64,000 nt of DNA from the human T2T-CHM13v2.0 reference genome, Homo sapiens. Position numbers and translations under genes: made by a program. The notes beneath the pieces were generated by a model that had not been told where the DNA came from, ran no database searches, and saw only the letters and a program-made list of their open reading frames with translations. The stretch lies in NCBI RefSeq assembly GCF_009914755.1, contig NC_060927.1; one strand, 5' to 3'. Shown in pieces: positions 43,479-58,023 of the stretch. How positions within the stretch are numbered: position 1 is the first letter of the stretch; every line of letters begins with the position of its first letter.

Positions 43479-43589
43479 CTGAAACAAGGCTAATTTTCTG
43501 TTCTTTGGTGAAACAGAGGCTATCAGTTTTTTCATACACCAGTTTTCATACAGCGGAATAATTTCTTCCTTTTTGCAACTTCGGAACAT
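43479..43589 (-). other. Candidate alternative first coding exon (37 aa, phase 0 donor)
   Basis: ATG at 43589 reads MFRSCKKEEIIPLYENWCMKKLIASVSPKNRKLALFQ and ends at CAG|GTCAGG. Lies in unique sequence with several CpGs. No homology recognised. Confidence 0.25.
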
Positions 43590-45685
43590 CACTTTGATGC
43601 ACCATTTTGCACTCTGGATACAACCTATGCTTCCTTGATCTCCATCTTGTTCTCGAGTACAGTTACAAATTTATTGAAACAACAGTTTCGACAATAAAAC
43701 TAACCCCACTTCTAGAGACCAGCAAGCAGTGTCCACAGAGTATACAGGAAGTTGTGAGCCAGGCATCATTCTCAACCCCCTAGATGTTAAGAAAAAAATC
43801 ATTCAGACAGTCTCTAGTATTGCTTTTACTGAGAGGTTGGAAGGAAGGGCCAGAAAAAACTATGAGAAAAGAGGACAACCATGGTGGGCCTGAGCAGAGA
43901 GTAGCACTGAGAACTACAGGGTAGAAGAAAGTGCCAGTAAACAGTGCCTGAAGGGAACCAGCAGTTGAATGCATTGTCTGCAGATTCTTCTTGAATGTGA
44001 ATAGTCAGAGAAAGCAACAAGGATGGAACTGTTGCATTTGTGGAGTTCCCAATGGTGTTTCCAAGGAGATACACTGATTAGACCAATTGATGAGTTTAGA
44101 ATCTTGGGGGAGTCAAAAAGCCCATCTCCTTAAGCTGACTGAATATTGGCCTCTAACAGATTCAGCAATGTCAGAGAATTCCAGGGAGCTTAGCAAGCTA
44201 TCAGGGGAAAGTACCTCCTCCTCCCTGCTAATTCTGACAGCTCCTGCCTCTGACTGAGATGCATTCTTCTGAATAAAAGTGCCAGCTTGCCTCTCCCACA
44301 GGGGCTGCAGGCAGCAGGAAACTGAGACCCCTGTGTGGGTCTCACTGGCTTCTCCATTTGTTTTCATTTTGCCAACAGACACTTCTATTTAAACTTCTTG
44401 GAAGGATATCTCAATAACATTCCTTTGCTGAGGACCATAAGATAGAAGATGAGAATCCATCTGCCCTCTTCTCTGCACCCAGGCTTCAATCCTGTTTGAT
44501 CATGCAGGGGCTACAAGGCCTTCGACACAAAGAACTTGTCTTAGATTCTAATCAGTTTAACAAATAGGACAGACAGCTGCTGAGCACTGTCTGAGTGACA
44601 CTGGTAAGTATGCATTTAGCGATTAGCTTACATCCATTTATCAAAGTAAGGCTTGATAACAGACCAAAAATTATATGCACACTCCAAAAACTAAATCTCT
44701 GGCCCATCTTCCTTTTGATTCAAACCAGTCTTCTGCAAATCCAAATACGGCATACCCCCGTGAAACAGATCTTGTTTAATATTTACCAAATTTGTTTTAA
44801 ATGAGGCGTTGCCATATTTCCTTGGCCCAATTCTTACAAGTTATTTTGTGATTATATGATCAGTTAGGTAAATATATTATTAGAAAGGAATGCCTTTTCT
44901 CTGCTCCCCATTTCCATATGGGAATATTTTCCCTAAGCACGCTCCTGGTTTCTATCCATCCCTTTACATATTTCCTCTGGGGAGTTGGTATAGCACACCT
45001 GATGGTTAAATTTGGGAAGAATAATGCTGTTGGCTCAGATTCACTCTTCCTTCTTATGGGAAGGGGCCTTCCCACTGAGACCACAGCCTCCTCAGCTTCT
45101 CCTTGCTACGAGTCCTGCAGGAACCTACCTTTGCAGGCTCTGGGGCAGCCTTCCCAGGGACAGAGCTGCCTTTCCCAGGAGTGGTAAGACTTCTAAGTCA
45201 AGGGTTCAGTATTAGCAAAGCCACATCCTAACAGACCTCAAAATGCAACAAATAAATTAGTCATTATCAGTACTAAGATGACATTTTGGCCTCCATTTTT
45301 CCTTCACTTTATTCTCAACTTGTTCAGAACCAGGCTCAGAAAAAGAGATCCTATTGACTGGGAGATTCTTGAAGACATAGATAATTATAGTATCAATAGT
45401 CTTACTATCATGTGACTAAAATGTCTTTTATATCCTTTAATAATAAATTCCCTTATGAGGAAAATTGTAACTCACAAACATGGAGACAGTGGGGTAGGTA
45501 CAATAGGATAATGATCCCTGGGTCAATGCGTTTCAAAAACTGAAAATCAGGTGATACATAGGCATGTTTTTCAAAGAAGCAAATAGAAGAATAAGATACT
45601 TAAACCACACAACATTATTTTTCAGGAACTTTAGATGAACTTGTTGTTAGGCCCAGTAAATAAAGTCTCATCTTTCACATATAGT

Positions 45686-45689
45686 CACA

Positions 45690-45727
<38 letters not shown>
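45686..45727. repeat. (CA)n microsatellite
   Basis: CA run with one TA interruption. Confidence 0.95.
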
Positions 45728-45731
<4 letters not shown>

Positions 45732-47792
45732 TACTCATTAGCCAGATAAGATTGCTGAAAAATAGATAACGTATGTGAAAAAAAACTCTTTGTAAATTAA
45801 GGTGCTATAGAATATCAATGTATAAAGTATTATTACTATTGCTTTTATGGATACTCATATTCAGGAGAAACCAAGAAAAATTGGTGGAAGAAAGCTAAGA
45901 GAACGTAGCAAAATGTTGAATCAAGATTGCAAAGGACGTTTTTAGTATGTCTAAGATATTTATTCTTCGGTGACTAAACGTTTCACTTAAGTTTTCTGAT
46001 AATAAAGGTATATAATATTATAATTTGGTATTTTGTATTTATGGTAACTTGTAGGGTTTTTAAATCACACTGCCATACATATGTTTGTTGTGCTATGCAT
46101 ATTTTGTTATGAGGAAACATGTTGATTTTTGGCGCATTTCACCACAGATGTGCCTATTAGCAGTGTTCCGATCTGTCTGTCAGTTTGTGAGAGTGCCATA
46201 TGCAGATAGTGCCAATGACCCTCCCACATATGATACTCCTATGTTTATGAGACATAGATAAAATAAGCCTGGACCTTAACTCTCTATGCGAAAAGAGCTG
46301 GACAGACACACAACACCCTGTTCAGAGGAGAGAACCCTGCCCCCGCATGTGACACCCATAACCCATGTGGGTACTCAGATGCCATGACACTCACAAAAGG
46401 GGCACTTCTTTGTGTCATCCAGTTACTTCAGATAGACAAGACACAAACTGCAGTTGAAAATTATCTCAACCAAAGAGTCCCATAGCCTACACAAGGCTGA
46501 GTTCTCAGCAAGTACCTGCAGAAAGTATATACACCCTTAAAGCCAATTCTTCCAAGCTCTGGAAGCAGTCAGACTCCTGAGTGCTTACGGAATGGAAGCC
46601 ACCTAAGTCTCTAATCAATAAAAAGTAGTTCTAGGGGTTTATTACTCCCCATAGAATACTCACTTCTTTAAATATGTCTACATTTCTCTATAATTTATAC
46701 TGCCCTACTTTCAAAAAGGATTCTAGAGACCAATATGTCTATAGAACTGACTTATGCCCAGTTCCTGGTTCATTTTGTCCCCTATAAAATTTTCTCTAAT
46801 TAAAAGCTTTTACTGAAATTGATAATATTGATCATTTGCTTTTGCATAAACAGACATTTCGTATAATACTAATTTTATGTATTTTTGTCAGACTCTTGAC
46901 TGTAATTCCATAATTGTTTATGTGGTTACATTTCTTGATGCATATGAAGGAGAATGATAATCCATTAATTAAGCACTGTATATAAAATAATTGTGTCTGG
47001 TAACCTCTCTACTTTAGAAATATAAACACATGTGTATGCATTTGTATGTGTGTGTGTGTGTGTGTATACATATACAGTTTTGTATTCTGAAAAGCTTAAA
47101 TGTTCTAAAAAATCAAGATTTATAGAAATAGAAAATTCTGTCCCCCAAGTGAATTTAATGGCTGAATTTTTATTTATTTTTACTTTAGATTTACATACAA
47201 ATGAACCACCAATGTCCCCTTCTATCAACTCAGAATAAAATCTGGTTTTAGCATATGCAGTCCTACGAGACATGGTTAAAGGATATGAATGATAGATAGA
47301 GATAAAAGAAATCAAGGACCATTCCTCCACAAGTCTCCAAAGAGGAAAACAACAATCGAAGAAAAAAGAGTGAGAGAACAGATGGGCTGGCAGAGTTTTG
47401 CTTTCTATGTGACATTGTGTACTTATTATTCGCATGAGGACTAATTTATAAACCCGGATAGTGTTTATAAACTATACTGTCCTAATGGAAATGAAAGCAT
47501 TAATACAACTAGAAGATTCTTTACTTTCCAAGCTTTAATTAAAATCACAGGCGTTAAGAAGCAAAAGTGCCTTCATGGAATACAAGCCTAATGAAGGATT
47601 TCCTTGCCTAGCACAGAGCTCTGTGTGCAGTCCCAGCTTGCTGGCACCAGCCACTGGAAAAGCCGACCCCCGTGTAACCAAAAGAGCTCTCTCTGAAAAT
47701 TAGAAAAGCAAATCATACCACACATTTTTTTTTTCAAATAAATATAGTTGCCAAGTCAGATCCAGGAAAAACAATAGCACGTCATAAGTAAA

Positions 47793-47843
47793 ACACACAC
47801 ACACACACACAGACACAGACACAGACACACACACACACACACA
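47793..47843. repeat. (CA)n with CAGA interruptions
   Basis: Read directly. Confidence 0.93.
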
Positions 47844-48577
47844 GCCTTAGAACATGCTATGTTAATTAGCTACCTGGAAGACCAGAGGCAAATGTGTTTG
47901 TTCTATGCGCTGAACACTTAAAAGGGAGAGGGAAAGGTGTCAGCTTGGGAAAGAGGAATGTGGAAATATGGCAAAGACAATCTAAGAGGAGAGAGAGAAA
48001 GGAAACAAGAGGAAAGGATTCGACAGAGGAATTTCACAACAGCATAGAAGAATAGATCAGGAGTTTTGCTACCAAATAATGGAGAAAAAATACACAGAAG
48101 CCTAGGAAGTGACCTTGATTAAAACGCCCACCATGTGAATGCTACTCAGCCGACACACTCATTTTGCCTCTTAAAGGTATCACCTCATTTATGTGTAGGC
48201 AAATTAAGGTTGTAGTGGAATTAAACTGTCTTCCCTGTAAATCAGACAGCAAAAAGGAACAGGGAGCTACATATATATATTATATATATGTAGTTACCAC
48301 CTGCTTTGTTTAGTGATGATGATAATGGTGATAATGATGATGCTTGTTAACGATAATGACATAAATGATGACAGTATATGCAATATATTAAGTACCAATG
48401 TTAGGTTAGGTAATATGCTAGGTGTTTTACAAGGATCATTTCTAATTCATAGAACAACTCTGGGAGATAGGTGTTATTTACCACTTAATAGTATATACAT
48501 ATACATTACCCCAAATTATACAACTATTGAGTGACAGCCTGTATTTGAAGGAGCGCTTTAAACGAACAGGATTTTTA

Positions 48578-48886
48578 TTTTATTATTTATTTATTTATTT
48601 ATTTTGAGACAGGGTCTCACTCTGTTGCCCAGGCTGAAGTGCAGTGGCACGACCTCAACTCACCGCAACCTCTGCCTCCCAGGCTCAGCGATTCTCCCAC
48701 CTCAGCCTCCAGAGTAGCTAGGACTACAAGTGTGCACCACAACGCCCAGCTAATTTTTGTATCATTTGATAGAGATGGGATTTTACCATGTTGGCCAGGC
48801 TGGTCTTGAACTCTGACCTCAAGTGATCCACCCGCCTTTGCCTCCCAAAGTGCTGGGATCGCAGGCGTGAGCTACCACACCCCACC
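48578..48886 (-). mobile_element. Alu SINE (AluJb/old S-type), antisense
   Basis: (TTTA)n tail, then GAGACAGGGTCTCACTCTG...CCCAAAGTGCTGGGATC. TSD GAACAGGATTTTTA at 48564-48577 and 48889-48902. Confidence 0.93.
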
Positions 48887-51800
48887 AAGAACAGGATTTT
48901 TAAAAACAGCATTCTGGTTGTCCCCAAAGACTAAGATACACACACGTATAATATATCTATTCTTATCCATATTCATAAAAGTATGTATGAAGGGAATGGA
49001 TGTGAGAAGGAGCTAACATTCACTGAATGTTGTCTTTCTTTCCAGGCACCTGCTGGGTTCATATTTTATTTTATCTCAATTCTCAAAATGTCTTATATGA
49101 ATTTATCCTTCTTTTTTGTCATATAGTGGAAACTGATGCCCTTATTTTTAAGTTTTGCCTAAATTCACTAGTAAATGGCAGAAGCTGTATTTGAATCTAA
49201 GTTGGTCTGACTCTGAATAGTACTGACCAAAAATAAGTGTAATTCAGACCACACATGAGTCACATATATGATTTTAAAGTTTCCAGTGGTCCCGGTATAC
49301 AGACATGCACAGCTCAACTGCAGTCAACTGTCACCTTCTCTTGGTTCCTGGGTTAATCCAGAATCAAGGATTTTATTTTCCTGTGCCTCTTGGTATGATA
49401 CCTCTTGACAACCCCATGATGGCTCCAAGTAAGTAGGTAAAGTTGAGTAAGGAATGAGTTCTTGGCGCCCATCAATACTGCACTTTCTAAAGATGCACAC
49501 GACAGCTCCCAATTCTAGCACAGTTTCAGGCAGGGTAACCAAACCCATAGGGACAGATGTCCTCTTTACTGGCCTCAATCTGTGAAAGGCATTTTTCTGC
49601 TAGCTTATTTTGCCCCTCCAATCGGAGAAATAAAATTCCTATGAGAAACCAAGTATACACCTATATATGCCAATTACACTGATTTTAAAATATATCATTT
49701 CAGAGTAGAAGGGTGAAAAAAATTATGGTGTGTAGATTAGGAGTTAGTGCCACAGAGATGTGTAACAATGGCTGGTATGATGATGCAGCTTAAAAACACA
49801 AGCATTTCTCACTTCAACACTGTTACTGTATTCCTAGAAGTATTCATTCTAAACACCATATGGACATCCTTTTAGAAAATAAACATTGGCCCTTGATTTG
49901 CTTGCAAATGTAAGGGGTTTTATATTGGGCTTCCTTAAAGCAGGTGCATTCACTAAGAAATATGTGGGCAGAGGTTAGAATTACCCCCTATTTCTTAATG
50001 ACGGTAGGCAAGAAGAGTGTGCATTAATTTAATTACTTGTCCATTAATCTAGCATGGTTGTTGAAAGGATTAACATAGCCAGACATCTTTAAAGATAACC
50101 ACAGAAAGACATTGATTCAGATGAGTGGCCAGAATAGAAGTTTTACTCAAATACAGCCACAGTGTGCTCCATGCAAGCCACTATGCATACAAATAAATGT
50201 TACTTCCCTTCAAGGGTTTTCCATTTAAAAATGGATACACTGATTATAAAACTGTGAAAATGCACAAAGCAATAGTAAATAATAATTATATACACTTTTC
50301 ATTCTCATGTTCTTTGCTTATATGTTCTCAAATTTTCTAGTCAATCTTACTCTAAATGTATTAACAGACCATAACTTTAGTGAACCATTCTTCTTTAATC
50401 CCCACCCAGCATATGCTTTGTGAGTCTAATTGGCTATAAATAACAGAACTGAATTTTTAACAAAGCACATATCTGCCTAACCAAATCATACTCCTTTATA
50501 ATATGCTCATGTTATATCATTATACAAGTAATTAGACAATTTTACATTTCTCTTTTGATATTGACTTAAATAATTTAGTAGACATTCTTTGGAAATTTTA
50601 GTGATTTTTAAAAATCATATTTTTAAAGTAAATAAAGTATCATGTCTTTATTTAACCCCTATGATATATTAGTTATTATGCTAAGTGCTAAATAGGTATT
50701 GATCATAATTTAACATTTTAGTATTTATAAAAACCTGGATATCACTATTCCCATTTTGCCGCTGAGAAAACTGGGAATCCGAGATATTAACCAAGGGACA
50801 CAAGAATAAACAACTGGTAAATGGTTGACCAGGCTATAAACCCCAGAACTCTCCAACTTTCATATACAGAATGTTCTTACAATGAGAAAAATGTGATTTT
50901 GAATCAAGTCTTGAATAAACTGAGAGTGATCAAGTTGGGTAACACTATTTGGATAGAAAAATAAAGGATGCTTTTAAAATAATAAGTTTTCTTTGTGATT
51001 CTTAAAATAATTCTATTCCCCCAAAAAAGAATTTTCATAATATGAGTAATAATAATATTATTAGAATAATAACATAAGAATCTATACTAATCAGTTCTAT
51101 GTATATATTCTAGTTTATTCATTTAAGCTGTATTCTTACTATTTTATCATCTTATCTTCTAATTACTTGAGCTGAGAGGAGGTTGAGGGTTAAATCTGAA
51201 GTTCCTGAAGAAGCACCCAAAAGACATGAGTTGTTGAATGTCTTCCAAAGGGATAGCTGAGCATTACTATGGGCACATCATGCTTGAGGACCCCAAGGGA
51301 ATAGTAGACAATCAAGGCATCATTGTATAGCAGAAAAGTCAGTAGGTAAAACAGGAAAAGAAGAGACCATTTGCAGTCTCTTTAGTTCATGTCCAGGATT
51401 CACTTTCTATATGTACAAGATAGATTAGTGATGCCCAATTCACATCGATCCTGCAAGGATCAAAAGAAAATAAATGGAAATCCTATTAGTCATTGTCTGA
51501 CTAATAGAAACACAGAGTGTTAGTACCTCTCCTTCCTCCTCACTGAAGCTCATCCATGTCTTGTTCAGTAGGAAAAATTCTCTGTGAGGACAAATGCAAA
51601 AGACACAAACAGCTAATCAACACTCAAGAGTCAGCCTGTCCAGATTGAGAATTCGTATCAATCTGTGAGATTAAGGTGTCTGTTGTCTATAATTTAGAGA
51701 AAAATGGAAACTGAACCAAGGATCAGAGTGAAGAAAACTAATAGTGTCTTTACAGAGTGGTATGAAGTGCTGTGACTTTCCTTCATAGCAAACATAGCCA

Positions 51801-54800
51801 GGATAGAACAGAAGCATACATGTTCTCTCTCATACACATTTCAAAAGATAAACCATGCGATTTGGTAACCACTCACATGTTCATGCTCAAATGAGTGACA
51901 AGCCAGTACATTCCTTGGAGAGTGTACAATGTCAACAGAACACTTTGCTACAAAAGTTTCTGTTATATACAAAGATGCCACTCTCTTTACAACTGTGCCT
52001 CTCCAGATATCGTTTTCCCAGAGGAAGATAAAGCCTAAGCAGCAAAGGTGGGAGGAAGGGACTGAACAGGAGACACATTAGAAGTGAGACCCAGAACAGA
52101 TGACAGATACAAATGGCTTTGGGGAAAACACTTTCTTCATCTTTCCATTTCACACTTGGATGGCTTCAACAGCTTTATGGACCCTCCCAACCCCTACCCC
52201 ACCTCCTGTAAATGTTTTATGTAATGTCGGCCTCTCATTGTGCTTGCACGATAAACATGACAAGCATGCTGCCAACATTCACCGCAAGGTGGGACTGGCA
52301 AGGCCACAGCCTGAGCAAATGGATGGGAATCATATTAACACACTCTCCTAAGGTAACTCAGAATAGAAACATCAGACAATAAGACACTGAATCTCAGACA
52401 TTTTGTGCAGGGGCTGAATCTTCTATTGCTACTGAAAGGACTGTGGACAGAGGAATGCCTGTCACAGTTACAGATTTTCTGGTGGGTGGGATGGTGGTAG
52501 GAGTGACAGAGCCACCTATCAGCCACACCGGAGATGATTGATGAGCCACAAAAAACAGGCAGTGAAGCCCAGCCTCTCTCCAGAATCCATTTGTTTTTTC
52601 CGATCTCTCTCTGTCTCTGTCTCTGCCTCTCTCACACTGCAGCTAATCAGTGGTGATGGATGAGGGTAGATAGTCACTCCTTCCTTCAGGCACCCAATTG
52701 CATTTTCTCTTGCTTGTCACCAGGCCTATCATCCATTTCCCAATGAGTCCTTTATACAAATAAGAAAAGCGCCATTCTCTCCCTAGAACTGTTAATGCAA
52801 GAGTCCCAAAGTGTTGAGAAAAAGGCAGAAGAAAAAGAAAAGATCAAAGGATTTTATTGTTTTACTCATAAAGGGACAGAGAAAAAGCATTTCCAGGAGA
52901 AATGCACTGAGTAATCAGTGTTGAGTGTTGAAGAGGAAGTTCAAATAAAAATGCAACAAAATTGGAGAGCTGGGAGTAACATGATTTGGCAAGAGTCTAG
53001 CCCTCATCCCTGTGTCCCCATTTGAATTGGATGTAGTTTTTCCAATTGGCTCATTAAGGCAGCCCAGCCACCAGTGGGGCTGGTGTTTAAGGGACCTTGT
53101 CATTTGCACGGCTCTATCGATGACCCACTCAAATAAAAATGGACAAATTTTGGCCATATCTCACTTTTATATCTTCAAGAAGTATGAGCCAGTGAGTAAA
53201 GTTGTAAAATCAAGACTATAAGCTATGTGTGTGTTAATATGATGGAGCCAGAACATTCAGTACTTCACATTGGCTGAGATTCATCTTTAGAACCAAGCCA
53301 CATGGTGGATGCTCAAAATATTGGAGCCAGCATCTGCATGTGAGGCCAAACAGCTTCACGAGGAACAGCCAAACTGAATATTTTGGTCCTAATAGATTTG
53401 GCTATGTACATGGGGAACATTTTTAATCAGGAGATCTAAGATCTGAAGATAGTGATGTTGCCGAACATGATAATGGTGATGACAACAAAAATAACCAGGA
53501 TGACAATGATAGCCACAATGAATATAGACTTGGGAAATGTGATCCATAAGGGTAATCTCTTCCTCAGTGAACTCCTCTAAATTGATTTTAAAAATTTAGT
53601 GCCCACCTTTCTCAAAAAGAACTCTATTTTATACCTCAGAGCCTTATGAAAGGGAACTCCTATTAACTAAATTAAAATCTGTGTCACCTTTGCAAAACTA
53701 TCTTGTCAATAGACACATCAGGACCAGGCACTGCTCTTTGAAGAAAGCTGTTATACATTAAAAGAAGGTATTCTTACATTCACATATAAGTTTCTTGGTC
53801 AGAAATGCATTGTTGAATTAAACAGGGAAAAAAGATTTGGCTATCCTAATTGGCACTACCTGATGAAGATAACCTCACAAAAGGAGGGGAATATATTGGT
53901 GTTACTTACACATATGGAGGAATTGATATTTTTATCAGATTATCAAAAACAAACTTCTAAATGTTTACATTTTAAAAATATGTAAATTTAAAAAGCTTCC
54001 TACATATGTTACTGCCTTAAACCAAAGTGTACATTTCCATTTTCTAGAATTTATATATATCGACATATATTTTATATTTCTGTAATCATAGTATATATCT
54101 ATTATTATAAATACGAAACCTAAAGGGTAAATAGACAAGGATGCTAGGAATAGACGAGAAGTGTCCTCTCATGCCCAGCACTATTTTTAAACCATAGTTG
54201 TGTGACTATCTATCATGTATTCAATGCTCAAACTATTTCACCTGACAGCTATACATCTATCAATTGTTAGCATTAATATTGCATTAAAAACAACACTTTA
54301 AAAATACACTTATTTTATTAGGACAATAATAGTGAAAAAAATCAGTTCCACACCATAAATTAGAAAAATTAATAAAGCCCTTTGGGGATTAAAAACACCA
54401 GCACCTGACTTTTTTTCGGCCTAAAGTCAACATCATCATTATCCCGTTACAAAATAGGTGCTTCAAATACTACCCCGACAATAGGTACCAACGTGCAGTT
54501 GAAGTAACTAGAAGATGTTCCCTTTGGTACAGTTATTTAAGTTGCCTCAGCAGCCACGTTTTCAGCCTAAATTATTTTGTGGCAATCAATCTTTATAAAA
54601 GAAAAAAAATGAACCAACTAGGGAGAAAACAATTTGATTACCACCTTATATTCTAATCATATTCATGAGTGACTTGGAAGTCTCATATGAATGGACTCTC
54701 TAGATTAAGAAGCCTATTTGGTATTATTCAAACTGTAAATATATAAACAAATAATTTAACATTCAGACCCTTGATTATCAAATGATTTTCCAATCCCTAA

Positions 54801-55326
54801 TTCAATGTATTATTATTCAACCCTAAACTTGCTTTAATTATATAAAATACATTCTGAGAATTATTTATGTGAATGAGGGGTTAAGGATTTGCTGCCACCC
54901 AGTGATGTTCTTTCCTTGTTCTATCTGAGTGGCCCCCTTTTTTGAGAAGAGCATATAACCTACCCAAGGAGCATGAGTCTATGAAGGCATCATCCTTTAG
55001 TTGTTGCACCCTGAAGGCACAACTGTTTGGATAAATATCGACATTTCACCCTTCATCAATGCTAAAATTTAGCACTGAGTTCCTACAATAAAGGCTTATG
55101 TCTTCGGCCTTTTTCTTATTAATCCTATTACGTTTGTCTTTATGAGCTCTCCTAGTTCCTTTCACTCCCTCCGGGGCTTAGCTGCAAATGAGATTTCACA
55201 TCTCAGTTTAAAATAACCCGAACATTTTTCTATAAAATTAAATAAAAGTCTTCCATCCTGGCACTGCTTGCCTAGAATCCAATTTCGGGAACCAATGTCT
55301 TTCCCAACGCCTCATTGTCTTCTTAC

Positions 55327-55600
55327 CATCTCACTTTTCTTAGCACTGAGGAGCATTTTTTTTTTTTTTTTTTTTTTTTTGCTTTTGCATTCAAATGATT
55401 TATTGGTGTGGGAAGTAAGAGAGAACAGTATCTGTTGGTCAGAATGAATAGCGGACAGCATAATCCTACGCCCACTTTTCTGAAGACATTGTACGACTAG
55501 GATTGAAAACTCATCTCTCCTGTGGCTCAGGCTGTCTCTGTTTTTCTCTGCTAGTCTGTTCCCCGTGCTTCCAGTGTGAACTAGCCACAATCTCACACAC
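55327..55600 (-). other. Candidate first exon: 5'UTR with A25 tract, then MLLSAKKSEM ending at a strong phase 0 donor
   Basis: Minus strand reads AAAATG (55356) CTC CTC AGT GCT AAG AAA AGT GAG ATG|GTAAGA. Locally raised CpG count at about 54400-55800; CA/TG repeat upstream. The 5' end is a guess. Confidence 0.4.
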
Positions 55601-55625
55601 ATACACACACACACACACACACACA
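55594..55625. repeat. (CA)n microsatellite
   Basis: Read directly. Confidence 0.93.
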
Positions 55626-58023
55626 TTCCTTCAAAGCTTCCCCTTGAAAAGGAATTAGAATTTCTCAAAAATAAGGCAGCTCAGAGGAAAAACAACTCCT
55701 AGGCACACTCTAAAAGGCATAGTCCTTTTAAGGAGTTTCAAGTATCAGAAGCTTCCCGTTCTAATGGTCCTAGGTCCAAACACACAAGCCAAACAAACGC
55801 CAGGCATCTCAGGAATCCCTCAGAGCATTCCATCCAGTACCTCCAGGTGTGATGACAGGTGAGTAGAATTTTTCACTTAAAGAAACTCCAGGTAGTACTG
55901 AGGTTTTATACATAGTAACATATTTTTTAAAATAACAAAAAGAAATGATTCATTCAAACATTTTGCATCCTCCTCAAGATCTTTTTTAAATTTAGATCAC
56001 AGGTGCAATGTTAATAAAATTCAACTTTCTGAAGTTTTCTCTTTATATAAATTGGCAATGGATGGCAATGAATTATGCACATAGAAAATACCAAGTAAAT
56101 TATAGTTTAGTGAAAAGTATGTTAAATTGTCATCCTAGATATTTTCTGAGCCAAGAAGAGACTCCATATTTTTAGATTTCAGAAATTACTTTGGAGATCT
56201 TTCACCCACTCTTAGCCTAATATTTTTTTAATCACTTAAACAAAGAGGAGAATCTATACAGAGATACAGACACAAATGCCTTCAGAAGGTGACATCAAGG
56301 TGTGAAACAGCTAGGTAAATGTAGCAGGAAGTGTTCAGGACAGAGGTAAACTGGTCACATCATTATATCTATCCTAAAGACATTTGCATATGTCAACAGA
56401 ATTAAATAAAATGCACATCAGACATTTTGTGGTGCTTCTCACCTGTCAGGGAACCCTGGAAAAAATGAAGCCTAACGCTGCTTCTAACTCTCTATGGTTC
56501 TACTATTAATTTAAGCGAATCTTTTAAAATTGAGCAATAACAGCAGAATAGCCACTAAATGATATAAATATTTTACATCACTAAAAAGTTTCCATGGGAT
56601 TAAAATAACACTACTAACATTAGCTAGGCTTACTCAATTATTTTTCCTTGGGAATTTAATCCAAAATTATATAGGTTTCTGGCTGAATAAAAAATAATTC
56701 TTCCTGAAAGGAATTCTTCTATAGAAAACAAAATCTCATTGGGAAAGCTACTATCATATATGAGGTGGAGTATTCTAGCCATGAAAATATCACATGAAGA
56801 ACACTGAATGTGAATTTATACAAGTCATAAAGAAGGAATGACTGACTGCATATATCAAAGGCTTAGAAATACTACTTGAAAATGTGAATATATATGCTGT
56901 GGATATTATTTTCTATATCATCATTACAAGCAAAGTGAAGTACATTGAGAATATATCATAAAGAAGATAATCCAGTTGCTTTCTGACATAAAATCTACCA
57001 TATTAAATAGCAAATGTATTTTGCTGACATAACTTCCGGAGAGTCATTTCACTTTTGCTTATGGTAATTCACAAAGAATGTATCAGGTCTAAAACTGAGG
57101 CAAGCCCAATCAGTAGTGATCATGTACAAAACATTGTGGCCAAGGTATTTCTAGGCTTTATTGACAAGAGGGCATAATATATGACCTTTTCGAGTTTTAG
57201 AGATAAATTTTGAAAAGATTCAGGTAAAAAAAATATTGTTTTCCTATTTTTATATTTATCCTGAAATGAACAAGAAACCTCTAAGACTCCTGATAGATTT
57301 GCAAATACTCAGTAATTATTGCTTGTACTAACCTATCATGATTCAACATCTTTTTCACAGAATATAAGAAGTTCTTAACCATGTTAATGGCCCATATATA
57401 TCAGAGAGGTACTTTAAAAAGGGACACCTCATGCTGTTAAGCCTAGAACCCATGTGTCAAGTGGGCACAAACATGAGTTTATGTCTCAAAATTGACTCCT
57501 TATATACTGCTGCTGGGTGAATACCTACTTGCAACATGCCGACTTTCTGGAGGCAAAGAGAATTTTCGGGAGTTCCTAATCAATTGGCACATAAAATCTA
57601 ACTTTGTCTAAACTTTTCAAAAGTCTTCTGACATCTCACCTAATCCTATCCACCTGAGGCCACTTTCTTCTAAACAAATCAAGTTAATATTCTCATGTTC
57701 TGCAACATATATCATATTTATAGCCAAAAGCCTTTCATCACGTTCTTCTTACTTAGTATTCTCTTTCTTGACCCTTCATCCATCTAAATCCCAGTCATCT
57801 TCCTGTCCATGCTCAAATTCAAACTCTTTCATAAGGGCTTAGCTGACATTCTTAGCCCTTAGCCGACATTCTCAGCCTTCGCCCATCACCTCCAAATTTC
57901 TAAAGAACATAGTATGAACATGTCCCAAACTATAAGTTTATACTATCTGGATATTTTAACCTTTTCAAGTATATTGTGATTTCTCTACAGACTTGGCTCA
58001 CACTTGATAATTCTTAATATCTC

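Noticed and set aside
49218-49292. Possible MER3/MER33 fragment (also MER5-like near 55730-55905 and MER58-like near 26255)
   Set aside because: Too short or degraded to call without an HMM search.
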